Shown in pieces: positions 18,898 through 28,271 of a stretch of 56,876 nucleotides of DNA. The DNA lies in contig JAYEGJ010000130.1 in assembly GCA_034658975.1 (NCBI GenBank), positions 1 through 56,876 of the forward strand. The letters are read 5' to 3'. The notes below the pieces were generated by a model. That model was not told the DNA's origin. It did not search any database and saw nothing but the letters and a program-made list of their open reading frames with translations. The position numbers and the translations under genes are program-made. The DNA comes from Actinomycetota bacterium. Lineage in GTDB: Bacteria > Actinomycetota > Acidimicrobiia > Spongiisociales > ZC4RG35. How positions within the stretch are numbered: the first letter of the stretch is position 1; each line of letters begins with the position of its first letter.

Positions 18898-19142
18898 GGC
18901 AGTCAATCATGGTCGATGTTCTTGGAGCCTGCTGATCAATGCATGTCACTCATCTCGAACGGCCAGCCATCACCACTCGCGGTGTCCTCGGCCTCACCAA
19001 TCCGCACCAGGAGTGGCGAAACCTCGTCCTTGCGACTGGCGCGTCTGGCCGCCGATCTGAGCAACGGCATCAATCAGCAGACTCTTGGACATGGGGGCGA
19101 TCCCCCATATACGGATCGCATCTGATGTCATATTCTTGGCCG

Positions 19143-19241
19143 ATGACTTGGCGCGACAACGATCGTTCACGCGGATCCCGGCTGGGTTTTCTCCCTGGTG
19201 CCCTGCTCGTCCTGTACGCGCTGATTCGCATGCTCGGCTGA
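19143..19241 (+). CDS. Putative 32-aa small membrane protein
   Basis: MTWRDNDRSRGSRLGFLPGALLVLYALIRMLG; preceded by TATTCT-N6-ATG, the same geometry as the verified genes here; hydrophobic C-terminal stretch. Confidence 0.45.
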   Translation: MTWRDNDRSRGSRLGFLPGALLVLYALIRMLG

Positions 19242-19268
19242 TCGCCAGGGGCACTAGCGTTCGCCGCG

Positions 19269-19829
19269 ATGTCACAACCCGACCAACTCCACTTCACCGA
19301 GTCCGAGGAGGCGAATCGACTCCTCGCCACCGACGGTCTCGCCCTCCTCATCGGGATGCTGCTCGACCAGCAGTTTCCGATGGAGCGGGCCTTCTACGGG
19401 CCCCAACTCCTCAAGGACCGGCTTGGAGAGAATCTGGATGCGGCCCGGATTGCCGACTGGGACCCCGAGGAGATGGAAACCGTGTTTCGGGGCCCGCCCG
19501 CCATCCATCGATATCCGGCATCCATGGGCAAGCGGACCCAGAGCCTGTGTCAGGTGCTGGTCGATGAGTATGAAGGTCGCGCCGAGAACGTGTGGGAGAC
19601 CGCTCAGGACGGCGCCGACCTGTTGAAGCGTCTCCAGGCTCTCCCCGGTTTCGGGGTGGGCAAGTCACGCATTTTCGTAGGTGTTTTGGGGAAAAGGCTC
19701 GGTCTCGACCTCGAGGGTTGGGAGGAGAAGGCTGCCGACTGGCCTTCGATCGCCGACGTGGCCACATTTGACGACATCTCCAGCCTCAGGGAGCAGAAGC
19801 GGGCCATGAAGGCTGCGAAAAAGGCCTGA
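19269..19829 (+). CDS. HhH-GPD-type base excision repair family protein (actinobacterial type)
   Basis: ALLIGMLLDQQFPMERAF.GP, PAIHRYP.SM, ALPGFG..K HhH motif, SIADV. Confidence 0.85.
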   Translation: MSQPDQLHFTESEEANRLLATDGLALLIGMLLDQQFPMERAFYGPQLLKDRLGENLDAARIADWDPEEMETVFRGPPAIHRYPASMGKRTQSLCQVLVDEYEGRAENVWETAQDGADLLKRLQALPGFGVGKSRIFVGVLGKRLGLDLEGWEEKAADWPSIADVATFDDISSLREQKRAMKAAKKA

Positions 19830-19837
19830 CCTTCTTC

Positions 19838-19865
19838 TAAACCATCGGTTCCCTCGTGCCGATAG
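19838..19865 (+). promoter_or_regulatory. Sigma-28 (FliA/WhiG)-type promoter candidate
   Basis: TAAA-N16-GCCGATAG, 35 bp upstream of the DUF4388 gene ATG. Confidence 0.55.
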
Positions 19866-19899
19866 GCCCCCAAAGAGGAACCGACCATTGGAAGGACAG

Positions 19900-20742
19900 A
19901 TGCATCTCTCGGGTCAGCTCACTGATTGGAGCATCAGCGATCTGCTTCAAATCATGCAGGTCACCACAAAGACCGGTTCCCTCGATATCGAAGGGGATCG
20001 TCGCGGACGTGTCCATTTCAAAGACGGTGAAGTCACCGGCGCGGACCTGACAGGAGCAGAGGGCAGCTACCTGGATGCAGGCCGCGGCGGAGTTGCTGAC
20101 GTTCTCTACGTCCTTTCGACGCTCGAGACAGGCTCATTCTCGGTTGGCCCTGCCGACGGACCGGACACTCCCGGCTGGACTGTTGAAGACGTGATGGCCG
20201 ATGTTGATGCCTTGAAGGCTCTCGAAGGCGAAGTCATCGAAGCAGGTCTTTTCGAGGCAGCCGGGGTGAGGATCGTCCCGGAGATATCCGACCCGATCGA
20301 AATCTCGTCCGAGGACTGGACGATCATCGCCTCTCTAGTACAGCCGTTCACCTTCAATCATCTCGAGACAACCATGGGCCGCGGCAACGCGGTGAGGGTT
20401 TTTCACGCCCTCCACCGACTCGGTGTCGCCGAAGTCGTCGTTGGAGACGAGGACGAATCCGAATGGCTCGATCGTTTGGCCGACGATATCTCTCCGGAAT
20501 CCGGCGAGCCCACGTCGGTGGAACACGTCGAGGAAGAGGCCGAAGAGTTGCTCACACCGGAGCCGAATCCTGAGCCAGTTCTCGAGCCGGTCCTGGAGTC
20601 GGTACCCGAGCCGATTTCGGCCAATGTTGTTGAGTTGGAGAAGGCCGAGGTCCGCGGGGTTTCGGCTCCAGCCTCGACCACCCTGACCGACGGCGTCTAC
20701 GACGAGATCCGGCGTCTTCGCAGCAAAGTCGCCGATCAGTAG
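19900..20742 (+). CDS. DUF4388 (PatA-N-like) domain protein with acidic C-terminal region
   Basis: LSGQL.DWSISDLLQI....KTGSL.I......V.FKDGEV..A; alternative TTG start at 19888. Confidence 0.8.
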   Translation: MHLSGQLTDWSISDLLQIMQVTTKTGSLDIEGDRRGRVHFKDGEVTGADLTGAEGSYLDAGRGGVADVLYVLSTLETGSFSVGPADGPDTPGWTVEDVMADVDALKALEGEVIEAGLFEAAGVRIVPEISDPIEISSEDWTIIASLVQPFTFNHLETTMGRGNAVRVFHALHRLGVAEVVVGDEDESEWLDRLADDISPESGEPTSVEHVEEEAEELLTPEPNPEPVLEPVLESVPEPISANVVELEKAEVRGVSAPASTTLTDGVYDEIRRLRSKVADQ

Positions 20743-20759
20743 TCGCTACCGTCGCTCGC

Positions 20760-21395
20760 ATGAACGAGCGATCTCCTTGGAAACCCGATAGGCCTCTGTT
20801 CATCGGTATCGCCGGCGGTTCGGGCTCCGGCAAAACCACCATCGCCGAGGCCGTAGTCGACCGTCTCGCCGGTCAGGTCGCCTTCGTCCAACACGATGCG
20901 TACTACCGCAACACGCCGGACCTCTCGTTCGAAGACCGAACCAATGTGAACTACGACCATCCGGCCTCTCTGGAGACCGAACTGCTCGTTAGCCATCTGG
21001 AGACCCTTAGGAACGGGCTTCCCGTCGAGCGGCCGGTCTACGACTTCAGCAACCATCTCCGTGCTCCGGAATCTGTGACAATCTCCCCCGCAAAGGTCGT
21101 GATAGTGGAGGGGATACTCGTTCTGGCCGATCCCGAGCTGAGATCCGAGCTTGATCTGAAGATTTTTGTCGACACCGACGCCGACCTTCGGCTGGCGCGT
21201 CGGCTCTCCCGTGACATCGATGAGCGTGGAAGATCGACCGACTCGGTTATTTCCCAGTACCTCAAGACGGTGCGGCCCATGCATCTCGAGTTCGTCGAAA
21301 CGTCGATGAGGTATGCAGACCTGATCATCCCAGGCGGCTACAACCCCGCCGCCGTGGCGACTGTCGTCGAGTTGATTCGATCCAGACTGAGCTGA
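20760..21395 (+). CDS. udk: Uridine kinase
   Basis: IGIAGGSGSGKTT P-loop, NYDHP, VEGIL, RRL.RDI.ERGR, VRPMH.EFVE. Confidence 0.95.
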   Translation: MNERSPWKPDRPLFIGIAGGSGSGKTTIAEAVVDRLAGQVAFVQHDAYYRNTPDLSFEDRTNVNYDHPASLETELLVSHLETLRNGLPVERPVYDFSNHLRAPESVTISPAKVVIVEGILVLADPELRSELDLKIFVDTDADLRLARRLSRDIDERGRSTDSVISQYLKTVRPMHLEFVETSMRYADLIIPGGYNPAAVATVVELIRSRLS

Positions 21396-21423
21396 GTTCC
21401 GTTTGCGGTCGTACAATCTCAGC

Positions 21424-22236
21424 GTGAGCCAACGATCAACCGTCGCAATCATCGGAGTCGGCGCCATGGGCGAGGCCCTTGCCTCCGGTCTTCTCTCCGC
21501 CGGGTGGGAGCCGGCCGACCTGAGCCTTTGTGTTCGTCGCTTGGACCGGGGCGACGAACTAGCCGCCAAGACCGGCTGTCCGGTCACCCTTGATCCGGTA
21601 GAGGCGATCGCCGGCAAGGACGTCGTCGTCGTTGGAGTCAAGCCGCGCGATGTTTCGACCGTTCTCGAGTCCATCGCCGGATCCGTCGCCGAAGGGCAGA
21701 CCGTTGTGTCCCTTGCCGCAGGAGTCACGACCGCTGCCTACGAAGCGGTACTGGGAGATGTTGCGGTGGTCCGTGCGATGCCTAACACTCCTGCGCTCGT
21801 CCGGGAGGGTGTCACCGGCATTGCCGCCGGAGCCCATGCGGATGCTTCGGATCTCGATACCACCCGGGAAGTCCTTGGCGCGGTCGGAACGGTTCGGATC
21901 GTGGACGAGTCGCTTCTCGATGCGGTCACGGCCGTTTCTGGCACCGGTCCTGCCTACGTCTTTCTGCTCGCCGAAGCCCTCACCGAGGCGGCGATGCGCG
22001 AGGGCCTGTCGCGCGAAATCGCCGAGAAATTCGTTCACCAGACGATCAAGGGAGCGGGACACCTGCTCACATCCACCTCCAAGTCTCCCGCGGAGCTGCG
22101 CTATGAGGTGACGTCACCGGGTGGCACGACTGCGGCCGCGGTCCACGTCTTGGAGGAGCGTGGATTCAGGGCCCTGGTCGAGGATGCGGTCCGGGCCGCC
22201 GCTCTCAGGGCGACCGAGCTCGGAGGAAACGCCTGA
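21424..22236 (+). CDS. proC: Pyrroline-5-carboxylate reductase
   Basis: IIGVGAMG, VKP, RAMPNTP, TAVSGTGPAY, VTSPGGTT; GTG after TACAAT-N6. Confidence 0.95.
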   Translation: MSQRSTVAIIGVGAMGEALASGLLSAGWEPADLSLCVRRLDRGDELAAKTGCPVTLDPVEAIAGKDVVVVGVKPRDVSTVLESIAGSVAEGQTVVSLAAGVTTAAYEAVLGDVAVVRAMPNTPALVREGVTGIAAGAHADASDLDTTREVLGAVGTVRIVDESLLDAVTAVSGTGPAYVFLLAEALTEAAMREGLSREIAEKFVHQTIKGAGHLLTSTSKSPAELRYEVTSPGGTTAAAVHVLEERGFRALVEDAVRAAALRATELGGNA

Positions 22237-23144
22237 GTCTCTTCTCCAAGCTCACTGTCACGGTGACTCATGCGCCTCCGGTGAAGAAATTGATCACCGG
22301 CACACCGCCGGGCAAGGCTTTGGCACGGCGATTCGTGGCAGGGGACACTCTCGGGGAGGTCATTGCGGCCGCTCGTGTCATCAACAACGAAGGAATGACG
22401 GTTTCTCTGGATCACCTGGGCGAGGAAGTGCACGACGTCGATTCGGCCCGTAAGGCCACTGAGGAGTACCTGGAATCGCTGGACCACATTGCCGACGACG
22501 GTCTCGACGGAAACGTGTCGATCAAGCTGACCCAGCTCGGCTTGGCCATCGACGAGGCGACCGCCGCCGGTGCTCTCGAGCGGCTGGCCGTTCGCGCTGC
22601 GGAGTTGAACACGACTGTTACTGTCGACATGGAGGACTCCCGGTACACCGAGGCGACCGTCCGTCTGTATGAGGAGGCCCAGTCGAAGCACGGCAACCTC
22701 GGATTGGCCCTCCAGTCGTACATGCGTCGAACTCCGGATGATCTGGAGCGGGTCATGGTGCTCGGAGGACACATCAGGTTGTGCAAGGGCGCATACGTGG
22801 AGTCATCGGAGGTTGCCTTGACATCCAAGGCTGAGGTCGACGTGGCCTTTGCGGAGCAACTGAGAACCCTGATGGCTGCCGAGCAGACCAAGCCGGCCGT
22901 GGCGACCCACGATCAGACGCTGATCGACCTGACGCGAGAGTTGGCGGGGGAGCGATCGACACCGTTCGAGTTTCAGATGCTCTACGGCGTACGCACCGAA
23001 CTCCAGAAGAAGCTGGTGGCAGAGGGTTATCCCGTCAGGGTCTATCTGCCGTATGGCTCACAGTGGTATCCCTACCTGACGAGACGGCTTGCCGAGCGGC
23101 CGGCCAACGCCTGGTTCTTTGCGAGGTCCCTCTTCAAGGGCTGA
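22233..23144 (+). CDS. Monofunctional proline dehydrogenase
   Basis: RRFVAG, SIKLTQLG, VDME, RLCKGAY, ATHD, EFQMLYG, YLPYG..WYPY..RRLAERP. Start is either CTG 22233 or GTG 22263. Confidence 0.92.
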   Translation: MSLFSKLTVTVTHAPPVKKLITGTPPGKALARRFVAGDTLGEVIAAARVINNEGMTVSLDHLGEEVHDVDSARKATEEYLESLDHIADDGLDGNVSIKLTQLGLAIDEATAAGALERLAVRAAELNTTVTVDMEDSRYTEATVRLYEEAQSKHGNLGLALQSYMRRTPDDLERVMVLGGHIRLCKGAYVESSEVALTSKAEVDVAFAEQLRTLMAAEQTKPAVATHDQTLIDLTRELAGERSTPFEFQMLYGVRTELQKKLVAEGYPVRVYLPYGSQWYPYLTRRLAERPANAWFFARSLFKG

Positions 23145-23165
23145 TCTCCCCGCGTTCAGCTCCCC

Positions 23166-23215
23166 AATGTGGCGGGCCGTGGACCCTTGTGAGTGGGGTG
23201 GGTGGCCCGGCAGAT
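23166..23215. repeat. Diverged copy of the 50-bp palindromic repeat at 47965-48073 (opposite orientation)
   Basis: Ungapped 34/50 identity to the reverse complement of 48024-48073, including GCGGGCC and GGCCCGGCAGA arms. Confidence 0.65.
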
Positions 23216-23274
23216 TTCTGAACCACCGTCCCGGGGCCCTAGGAGTGACAAGGGACCCGAGTCGACGGTTGGGC

Positions 23275-23484
23275 CTATGCGGCCCGATCGAGATTCCCTA
23301 GTTCGGAGGAAGGGGTCTCGACGAGTCGTTCTCCGATGGCGATCAGTCGATGGCCGATGGAATTGCGGAGCCGTCGTGCCGTCTTGGCGTCACGTCGGTC
23401 GGCATCGACCCGGGCGGTCCCGGCAATGTCGTGCATGCGCAGGTCATGGATGTACTTCGTTGAATGGACGATCTCTCTATGCAT
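23275..23484 (-). CDS. Small basic hypothetical protein downstream of the ArsR-type regulator
   Basis: ATG overlaps the regulator's last codons, GAGG upstream; RRLRNSIGHRLIAIGERL amphipathic helix. Confidence 0.6.
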   Translation of the reverse strand: MHREIVHSTKYIHDLRMHDIAGTARVDADRRDAKTARRLRNSIGHRLIAIGERLVETPSSELGNLDRAA

Positions 23485-24598
23485 GTTCAACCTCGGGTTG
23501 TGAGGGGCTCAGGTACGAGTCGAGGAATCCGGTGGCGTCGCCCAGTGCGTTGTCCCTGAGGCTGTAGATCCTCTGCTTTTGCCCCTTCTCCGAGGGGACA
23601 TGAATGCGGATCAATCCGGCCGAACGCAGGATGCTGATGTGGTGGTGGACGGTGGACTTCGAGAGGCCGAGCATCTCGGTGAGCTCCTCGAGGCTGGTGT
23701 CGCCTTCGCTGAGTCGCCTCAGGATGCGAAGCCGTCGCTCGTCGCTCAACGCCTTGTAGGTATTGACCAGCCAGGACGGAGGCGCCTCCGGGTCCGAATC
23801 GATGAACTCATCGGCCATCCCGTAGTAGACGACCAGCGTGTCGCGATGCTGGTCGATCACGGAGAGCGGCTTGATGACCATCGACGGCACGAGGACCACA
23901 CGACTCACTCCAAGCGGTATCTCGTAGTCGATTCCTTGGGTGACCTCCTCGACGACGGCTTTTGCATCATCGCTACTGACAACGGCGCGCCTCGCTGCAG
24001 CAGCCCGTTCGATGGAGCCGGCGAAGTCGACATCGAGCTTCAGAAAGACGTCCTGATAGAAGGTGGCGAGGGTTGTCGCGAGTCTCTTCGGAAGCTCCTC
24101 GTCGGGGATCTCGAAGAAGGAAACGATCTCCTCTCCGTCTTCGCAGTCCTCTTCTTTGCAGATGAGTTCCCGGAGGGCGTCGGTATCCCCGTTGGCCGCC
24201 TGCTCGATGAGCGACGAAGAGTCGGCATGGCTGACATAGCCGAGCAACCAACGGCGAAGACGCTTTGGTGACATGTCGCCCAGCCACTCGAACATTCGCT
24301 CCGGCTCATGGGGGCTTGGTGCCGTCTTGAGGAGCCCGGCGACCCCAAGCCAGATCGAGCAATAGGGCCCGCTCAGGGAGGTGATCTCGTCTGTGAGCTC
24401 GGGACTGGTCATCGCCCGAACCTTCTCGTGAAACTTCTTTCCCAGGTAGTGGGAGGTGTTGTTCTGGTGAGGCTCGAAAGTGGTCCACAGAGTGAGAATC
24501 ACCTCATAGGCAGCGGAGCCCTCCATGTGGATGGGAATATGCCGCGGGGCGGCGGTGAGGTCTCTGACCTTCTCGTTGGGAGTTACTAGTTCGACCAT
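23477..24598 (-). CDS. ArsR/SmtB-family regulator with large N-terminal (DUF5937-like) domain
   Basis: C-terminal KALSDERRLRILRRL...ELTEMLGLSKSTVHHHISILRSAGLI winged HTH. Confidence 0.88.
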   Translation of the reverse strand: MVELVTPNEKVRDLTAAPRHIPIHMEGSAAYEVILTLWTTFEPHQNNTSHYLGKKFHEKVRAMTSPELTDEITSLSGPYCSIWLGVAGLLKTAPSPHEPERMFEWLGDMSPKRLRRWLLGYVSHADSSSLIEQAANGDTDALRELICKEEDCEDGEEIVSFFEIPDEELPKRLATTLATFYQDVFLKLDVDFAGSIERAAAARRAVVSSDDAKAVVEEVTQGIDYEIPLGVSRVVLVPSMVIKPLSVIDQHRDTLVVYYGMADEFIDSDPEAPPSWLVNTYKALSDERRLRILRRLSEGDTSLEELTEMLGLSKSTVHHHISILRSAGLIRIHVPSEKGQKQRIYSLRDNALGDATGFLDSYLSPSQPEVEHA

Positions 24599-24615
24599 GA
24601 TGTCCTGTGTATTAG

Positions 24616-24637
24616 TGATTCGATAACTGTCGAATCA
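24616..24637. promoter_or_regulatory. Candidate operator: perfect inverted repeat TGATTCGA-N6-TCGAATCA
   Basis: 8-bp perfect arms about 18 bp upstream of the ArsR-type gene, in a divergent promoter region. Confidence 0.65.
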
Positions 24638-24739
24638 AGTATGCAACAAACGAACGTCATCTGTCAAGGGGGTATTCCGAGGAATATCGAATTACCCGGT
24701 GATCCGATCGAGAGGTTCCGGGCTCTACACTCGCCGGAG

Positions 24740-26926
24740 ATGGCTGTGACCACAGAGCCGCGCAAGACCGAGGAGCCAAAGCGGATCAGGGCTTCTCAGG
24801 TTCTCGAGGGGGTCGGCGTTGCCTCCGCCCTCGCAACCCTCGCCTTGGGAGTCGTCGGCACCCTGCCCGAACACCCACATTTCGAGGTAGGTAGAGAGGT
24901 CTTTGGCAACATCCCCGAGCCGCTCGTGGTGCTGTTCTACGTTGGGCTGGCCGGGTTCATTTGGCTGACCTTTCATCTGCTCGCCCAGCGCGCCGTCAGT
25001 TGGCAACAAGGCCAGACCGACGACCGCACCGGCCGGTGGGGTGAGCGCCTGGCCCGACTCCGCGACGGCCTGAGTATGAAGACCGTCCGCCGCGACCGGT
25101 GGGCCGGCGTGATGCACTCCCTCATCTACTACGGCTTCGTCGTTCTCTTCATCGGCACCGTGACCCTGGAGATCGATCACCTGGCACCGGCCGGGTTGAA
25201 GTTCCTCCAGGGCGGTTTCTACATGGGTTATTCAGCGGTCCTCGACGCTGCCGGCATCGCCTACCTCACAGGATTGGGCCTGGCGATCTTCGGTCGGTAC
25301 CTGAATCCGGCCTACCGGATCCGGTCGAAGACGAGGCCAGAGGATGCCCTGATCCTCACCGTTCTGGTGTTCATCGGAATCAGCGGTCTCCTCACAGAAG
25401 CGGCACGCATATCGCTGGCGGGACAACCGGATCACGAGGTGTGGTCGTTCGTCGGGTACCCGCTTTCGTTCCTGTTCGACCGATCGGCAGCCGGGACGTG
25501 GCACCAGTTCTTTTGGGTCTCCCACGCCACCGCGTTCGTTGCCTTCCTCGTCATCCTTCCCACGACGAAGCTCAGGCACTTGGTCACGTCGCCGAGCGAC
25601 CTGTTTCTGTCGCCGAGAGACCGGCCCAAGGGGGCGATGCGTGAGATGCCGAATCTCTTGGAGGCCGAGGACATCGAGACGATCGGCGCCAGCATGGCGA
25701 CCGATCTCACCTGGAAACAGATCTTCGATACCGACGCCTGCACGGTTTGCGGTCGCTGCACGTCGGTGTGCCCGGCCAATCTGACCGGGAAGCCTCTCGA
25801 TCCGAGGGAGATGGTTCTCAAGTCAGGAGAAGTGGCGGCGGCTGCCGCCGGCGTTGGGGGACCGGTGTCCACGACGGGCGTGATCGAAGGCGCCGGCACC
25901 CTCTTCGATCGGATCCACCCGGACGAGGTTTTCGCATGCACGACCTGTCGAGCCTGCGACGAGATATGTCCTGTCGACATCGAAATCGTCGATCGCATCC
26001 TCGACATGAGGCGTTATCTGACGCTCATGGAGTCGGAGTTCCCGACCGAGTTGGGCAAGGCGTTCGTGGCTATGGAGAACCAATCGAATCCGTGGGGGCT
26101 GAGTCAGCAGGCGCGCGCCGACTGGAAGGACGAACTCGACTTCGAGGTCCCTGTCTTCGGGGAGAACGGCAAGGACACGGCCGAGTATCTGTGGTTTGTC
26201 GGTTGTGCAGGCTCCTTCGACGATCGAAACACCGCAGTCTCGGTGGCTCTTGCCCGTCTCCTCCACGAGGCGGAAATCGACTTCGCCATCCTGGGTTCCA
26301 GGGAGCTATGCAACGGCGACCCCGCACGCCGCACCGGCAACGAGTTCGTGTTTCAACAGTTGGCTCTTCAGAACATCGAGACCTTCGAGGAGCTTGGCGT
26401 CAAGAAGGTCATCACCCAGTGCGCCCACTGCTTCAACACCATCGGCAATGAGTATCCGCAGTTCGGAGGTGACTACGAGGTAGTGCATCACAGTCAGATG
26501 CTGGCCGAGTTGGCAGGTCAGGGCCGGTTGCCCCAACCCACCAAGCCCGATGGGGAGTCGAAGAAGATCGTCTATCACGACGCTTGCTACCTGGGTCGTC
26601 ACAACGATGTCTACCTCGCACCTCGAGAGGTGGTTGGCGCCTCGGGCTCCGACGTCGTTGAAATGGACCGCAGCGGCACGCGGGCATTGTGTTGCGGTGC
26701 CGGTGGAGGCCGCTTCTGGATGGAGGAGAAGGTCGGCAAGAAGGTCAACATCGAACGGGCTGAGGAGGCCTTGGCGACGGACGCCGATGAGATCGCCGTG
26801 GCCTGCCCATTCTGCTTTGTGATGATGGACGACGGGGTCAAGGAGCTAGGTCGGGACGACGTGCCGGTTCGCGACATAGCGATGATCCTCGCCGATGGCC
26901 TGCCGTCCGACTCTGAACCGGATTGA
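24740..26926 (+). CDS. Membrane-bound Fe-S oxidoreductase (FadF/HdrD-like: NarI-like TM region, 2x[4Fe-4S], two CCG domains)
   Basis: CTVCGRCTSVCP, CTTCRACDEICP, FVGC, CNG, CAHC, HDACYLGR, CCGAGG, ACPFC; ATG 24740 after TACACT-N8. Confidence 0.92.
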   Translation: MAVTTEPRKTEEPKRIRASQVLEGVGVASALATLALGVVGTLPEHPHFEVGREVFGNIPEPLVVLFYVGLAGFIWLTFHLLAQRAVSWQQGQTDDRTGRWGERLARLRDGLSMKTVRRDRWAGVMHSLIYYGFVVLFIGTVTLEIDHLAPAGLKFLQGGFYMGYSAVLDAAGIAYLTGLGLAIFGRYLNPAYRIRSKTRPEDALILTVLVFIGISGLLTEAARISLAGQPDHEVWSFVGYPLSFLFDRSAAGTWHQFFWVSHATAFVAFLVILPTTKLRHLVTSPSDLFLSPRDRPKGAMREMPNLLEAEDIETIGASMATDLTWKQIFDTDACTVCGRCTSVCPANLTGKPLDPREMVLKSGEVAAAAAGVGGPVSTTGVIEGAGTLFDRIHPDEVFACTTCRACDEICPVDIEIVDRILDMRRYLTLMESEFPTELGKAFVAMENQSNPWGLSQQARADWKDELDFEVPVFGENGKDTAEYLWFVGCAGSFDDRNTAVSVALARLLHEAEIDFAILGSRELCNGDPARRTGNEFVFQQLALQNIETFEELGVKKVITQCAHCFNTIGNEYPQFGGDYEVVHHSQMLAELAGQGRLPQPTKPDGESKKIVYHDACYLGRHNDVYLAPREVVGASGSDVVEMDRSGTRALCCGAGGGRFWMEEKVGKKVNIERAEEALATDADEIAVACPFCFVMMDDGVKELGRDDVPVRDIAMILADGLPSDSEPD

Positions 26927-27465
26927 CCCGATCAATCACCTCGATCGTGATTCTGGTGGCACTCGGCGCCGCGGCTTGCACGAGTGACCCCGGTGGTTCT
27001 TCTCCTACCGACCCGACCGCGCCCACGACCACGATTCCGGCAACGACCACCACCACGCTTCCCACTGACGAAGCAGTGCAGCGTTTCGAATCATGTCTCG
27101 CCGAGAGTGACCTGGATCTTGATCCGATCACGCTGGACGCTCAAGGAAGACTCCGCCTCGACCTGCTGCTCCCTGATCTCGACTTCACAAACGAGGAGTC
27201 GATCGTCGCCTTGTCTGTTTGCTCCGAGTACCTCACCACGGGGGCCCTCGATCTCACCGCCAATCCATTGTTGAAGGAGAAAGTCGTCGGGCTCCTCGCA
27301 GGGTTCAGCGAGTGTCTGCGCTCGCGGGGCGTGTCCGACTTCCCCGATCCCATAGAGGGCTTCTCGGGGATCGGGGGCCCCTTCCCCTTGGCCGAGATCC
27401 CCTATGCCGACCCCGATCTCGCCGAGGCGGTTGAAGCCTGCCGGGAACGGCTTACCGGGCGGTGA
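26923..27465 (+). CDS. Lipoprotein with Thr/Pro-rich linker, unknown function
   Basis: Signal peptide with LGAAAC lipobox; two F.xCL...DP repeats. Confidence 0.75.
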   Translation: MTRSITSIVILVALGAAACTSDPGGSSPTDPTAPTTTIPATTTTTLPTDEAVQRFESCLAESDLDLDPITLDAQGRLRLDLLLPDLDFTNEESIVALSVCSEYLTTGALDLTANPLLKEKVVGLLAGFSECLRSRGVSDFPDPIEGFSGIGGPFPLAEIPYADPDLAEAVEACRERLTGR

Positions 27466-27488
27466 CGGCGGCTGCGTACGATGTCCCG

Positions 27489-27776
27489 ATGATGGCCGCA
27501 CAGCCGACGCCGGTGATCGTCCCCGACACCGACGAGGAACAGGATGTCGATCGCCCCTGGCAGGTCATCGTGTGGAACGATCCGGTCAACACCATGACGT
27601 ATGTGGTCTATGTGTTCAGGAAGCTCTTCGGTTATGACGAGCTGAAGGCCACCGACCTCATGCTCCAGGTGCACAACGACGGTCGGGCGATTGTCTCCGA
27701 TGGACCTCGCGAGAAGGCCGAGATCGACTGCTTCCGGCTCCAGAATCACGGACTCTGGTCGACCATCGAACAATGA
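27489..27776 (+). CDS. clpS: ATP-dependent Clp protease adaptor ClpS
   Basis: [36 protein letters not shown]; ATG after TACGAT-N6. Confidence 0.95.
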   Translation: MMAAQPTPVIVPDTDEEQDVDRPWQVIVWNDPVNTMTYVVYVFRKLFGYDELKATDLMLQVHNDGRAIVSDGPREKAEIDCFRLQNHGLWSTIEQ

Positions 27777-28228
27777 GTCACTTCAAAGGAAGGCGCAAGG
27801 GCATCAAGGCGACATTCAGCCCTCAGGAGAAGATGTTTCTCTCCGATGTGCTTCCCCTGCTGGCAGACGTCGGGAACACATCCGACGACCCGGCGGCGAG
27901 GCGTCTGCAGGTGCCGGTCTATCTCGATGATCCGGAGGCGAACGAGGAGTGGTGGCGTCTCATGGGTCAGGATCTCGACGAGGCACGGAGCGCCGACCGG
28001 TCGGTGTTCCGGACTGTCATGACCACCGATGGGCCGGCCGACCTCAGCGTCGAGGAAGCCGACGCTTTTCTCCGGGTGCTGAACGAGTCGAGGCTCGTCC
28101 TCGCAGCCCGTGCGGGCTTGGAGGTCGAGAGCGACCACGACGAGTTGCCCGCCGACTCTCGACAGGTCTTGGACTATCTCGGTTGGATTTTGGAGGAGCT
28201 GACCACCGAGCTCTATCGCTTCTTGTGA
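27773..28228 (+). CDS. DUF2017-family protein
   Basis: [33 protein letters not shown]; ATGA-coupled to clpS as is usual in actinobacteria. Confidence 0.8.
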   Translation: MSHFKGRRKGIKATFSPQEKMFLSDVLPLLADVGNTSDDPAARRLQVPVYLDDPEANEEWWRLMGQDLDEARSADRSVFRTVMTTDGPADLSVEEADAFLRVLNESRLVLAARAGLEVESDHDELPADSRQVLDYLGWILEELTTELYRFL

Positions 28229-28271
28229 TCCCTTTGCCCATCAGGGCCCGAACGGTGTAGGTTCGGAAGCG

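Noticed and set aside
18907-19090. Short ORFs upstream of the thiolase
   Set aside because: No recognisable motif, start signal or consistent frame; left unannotated.
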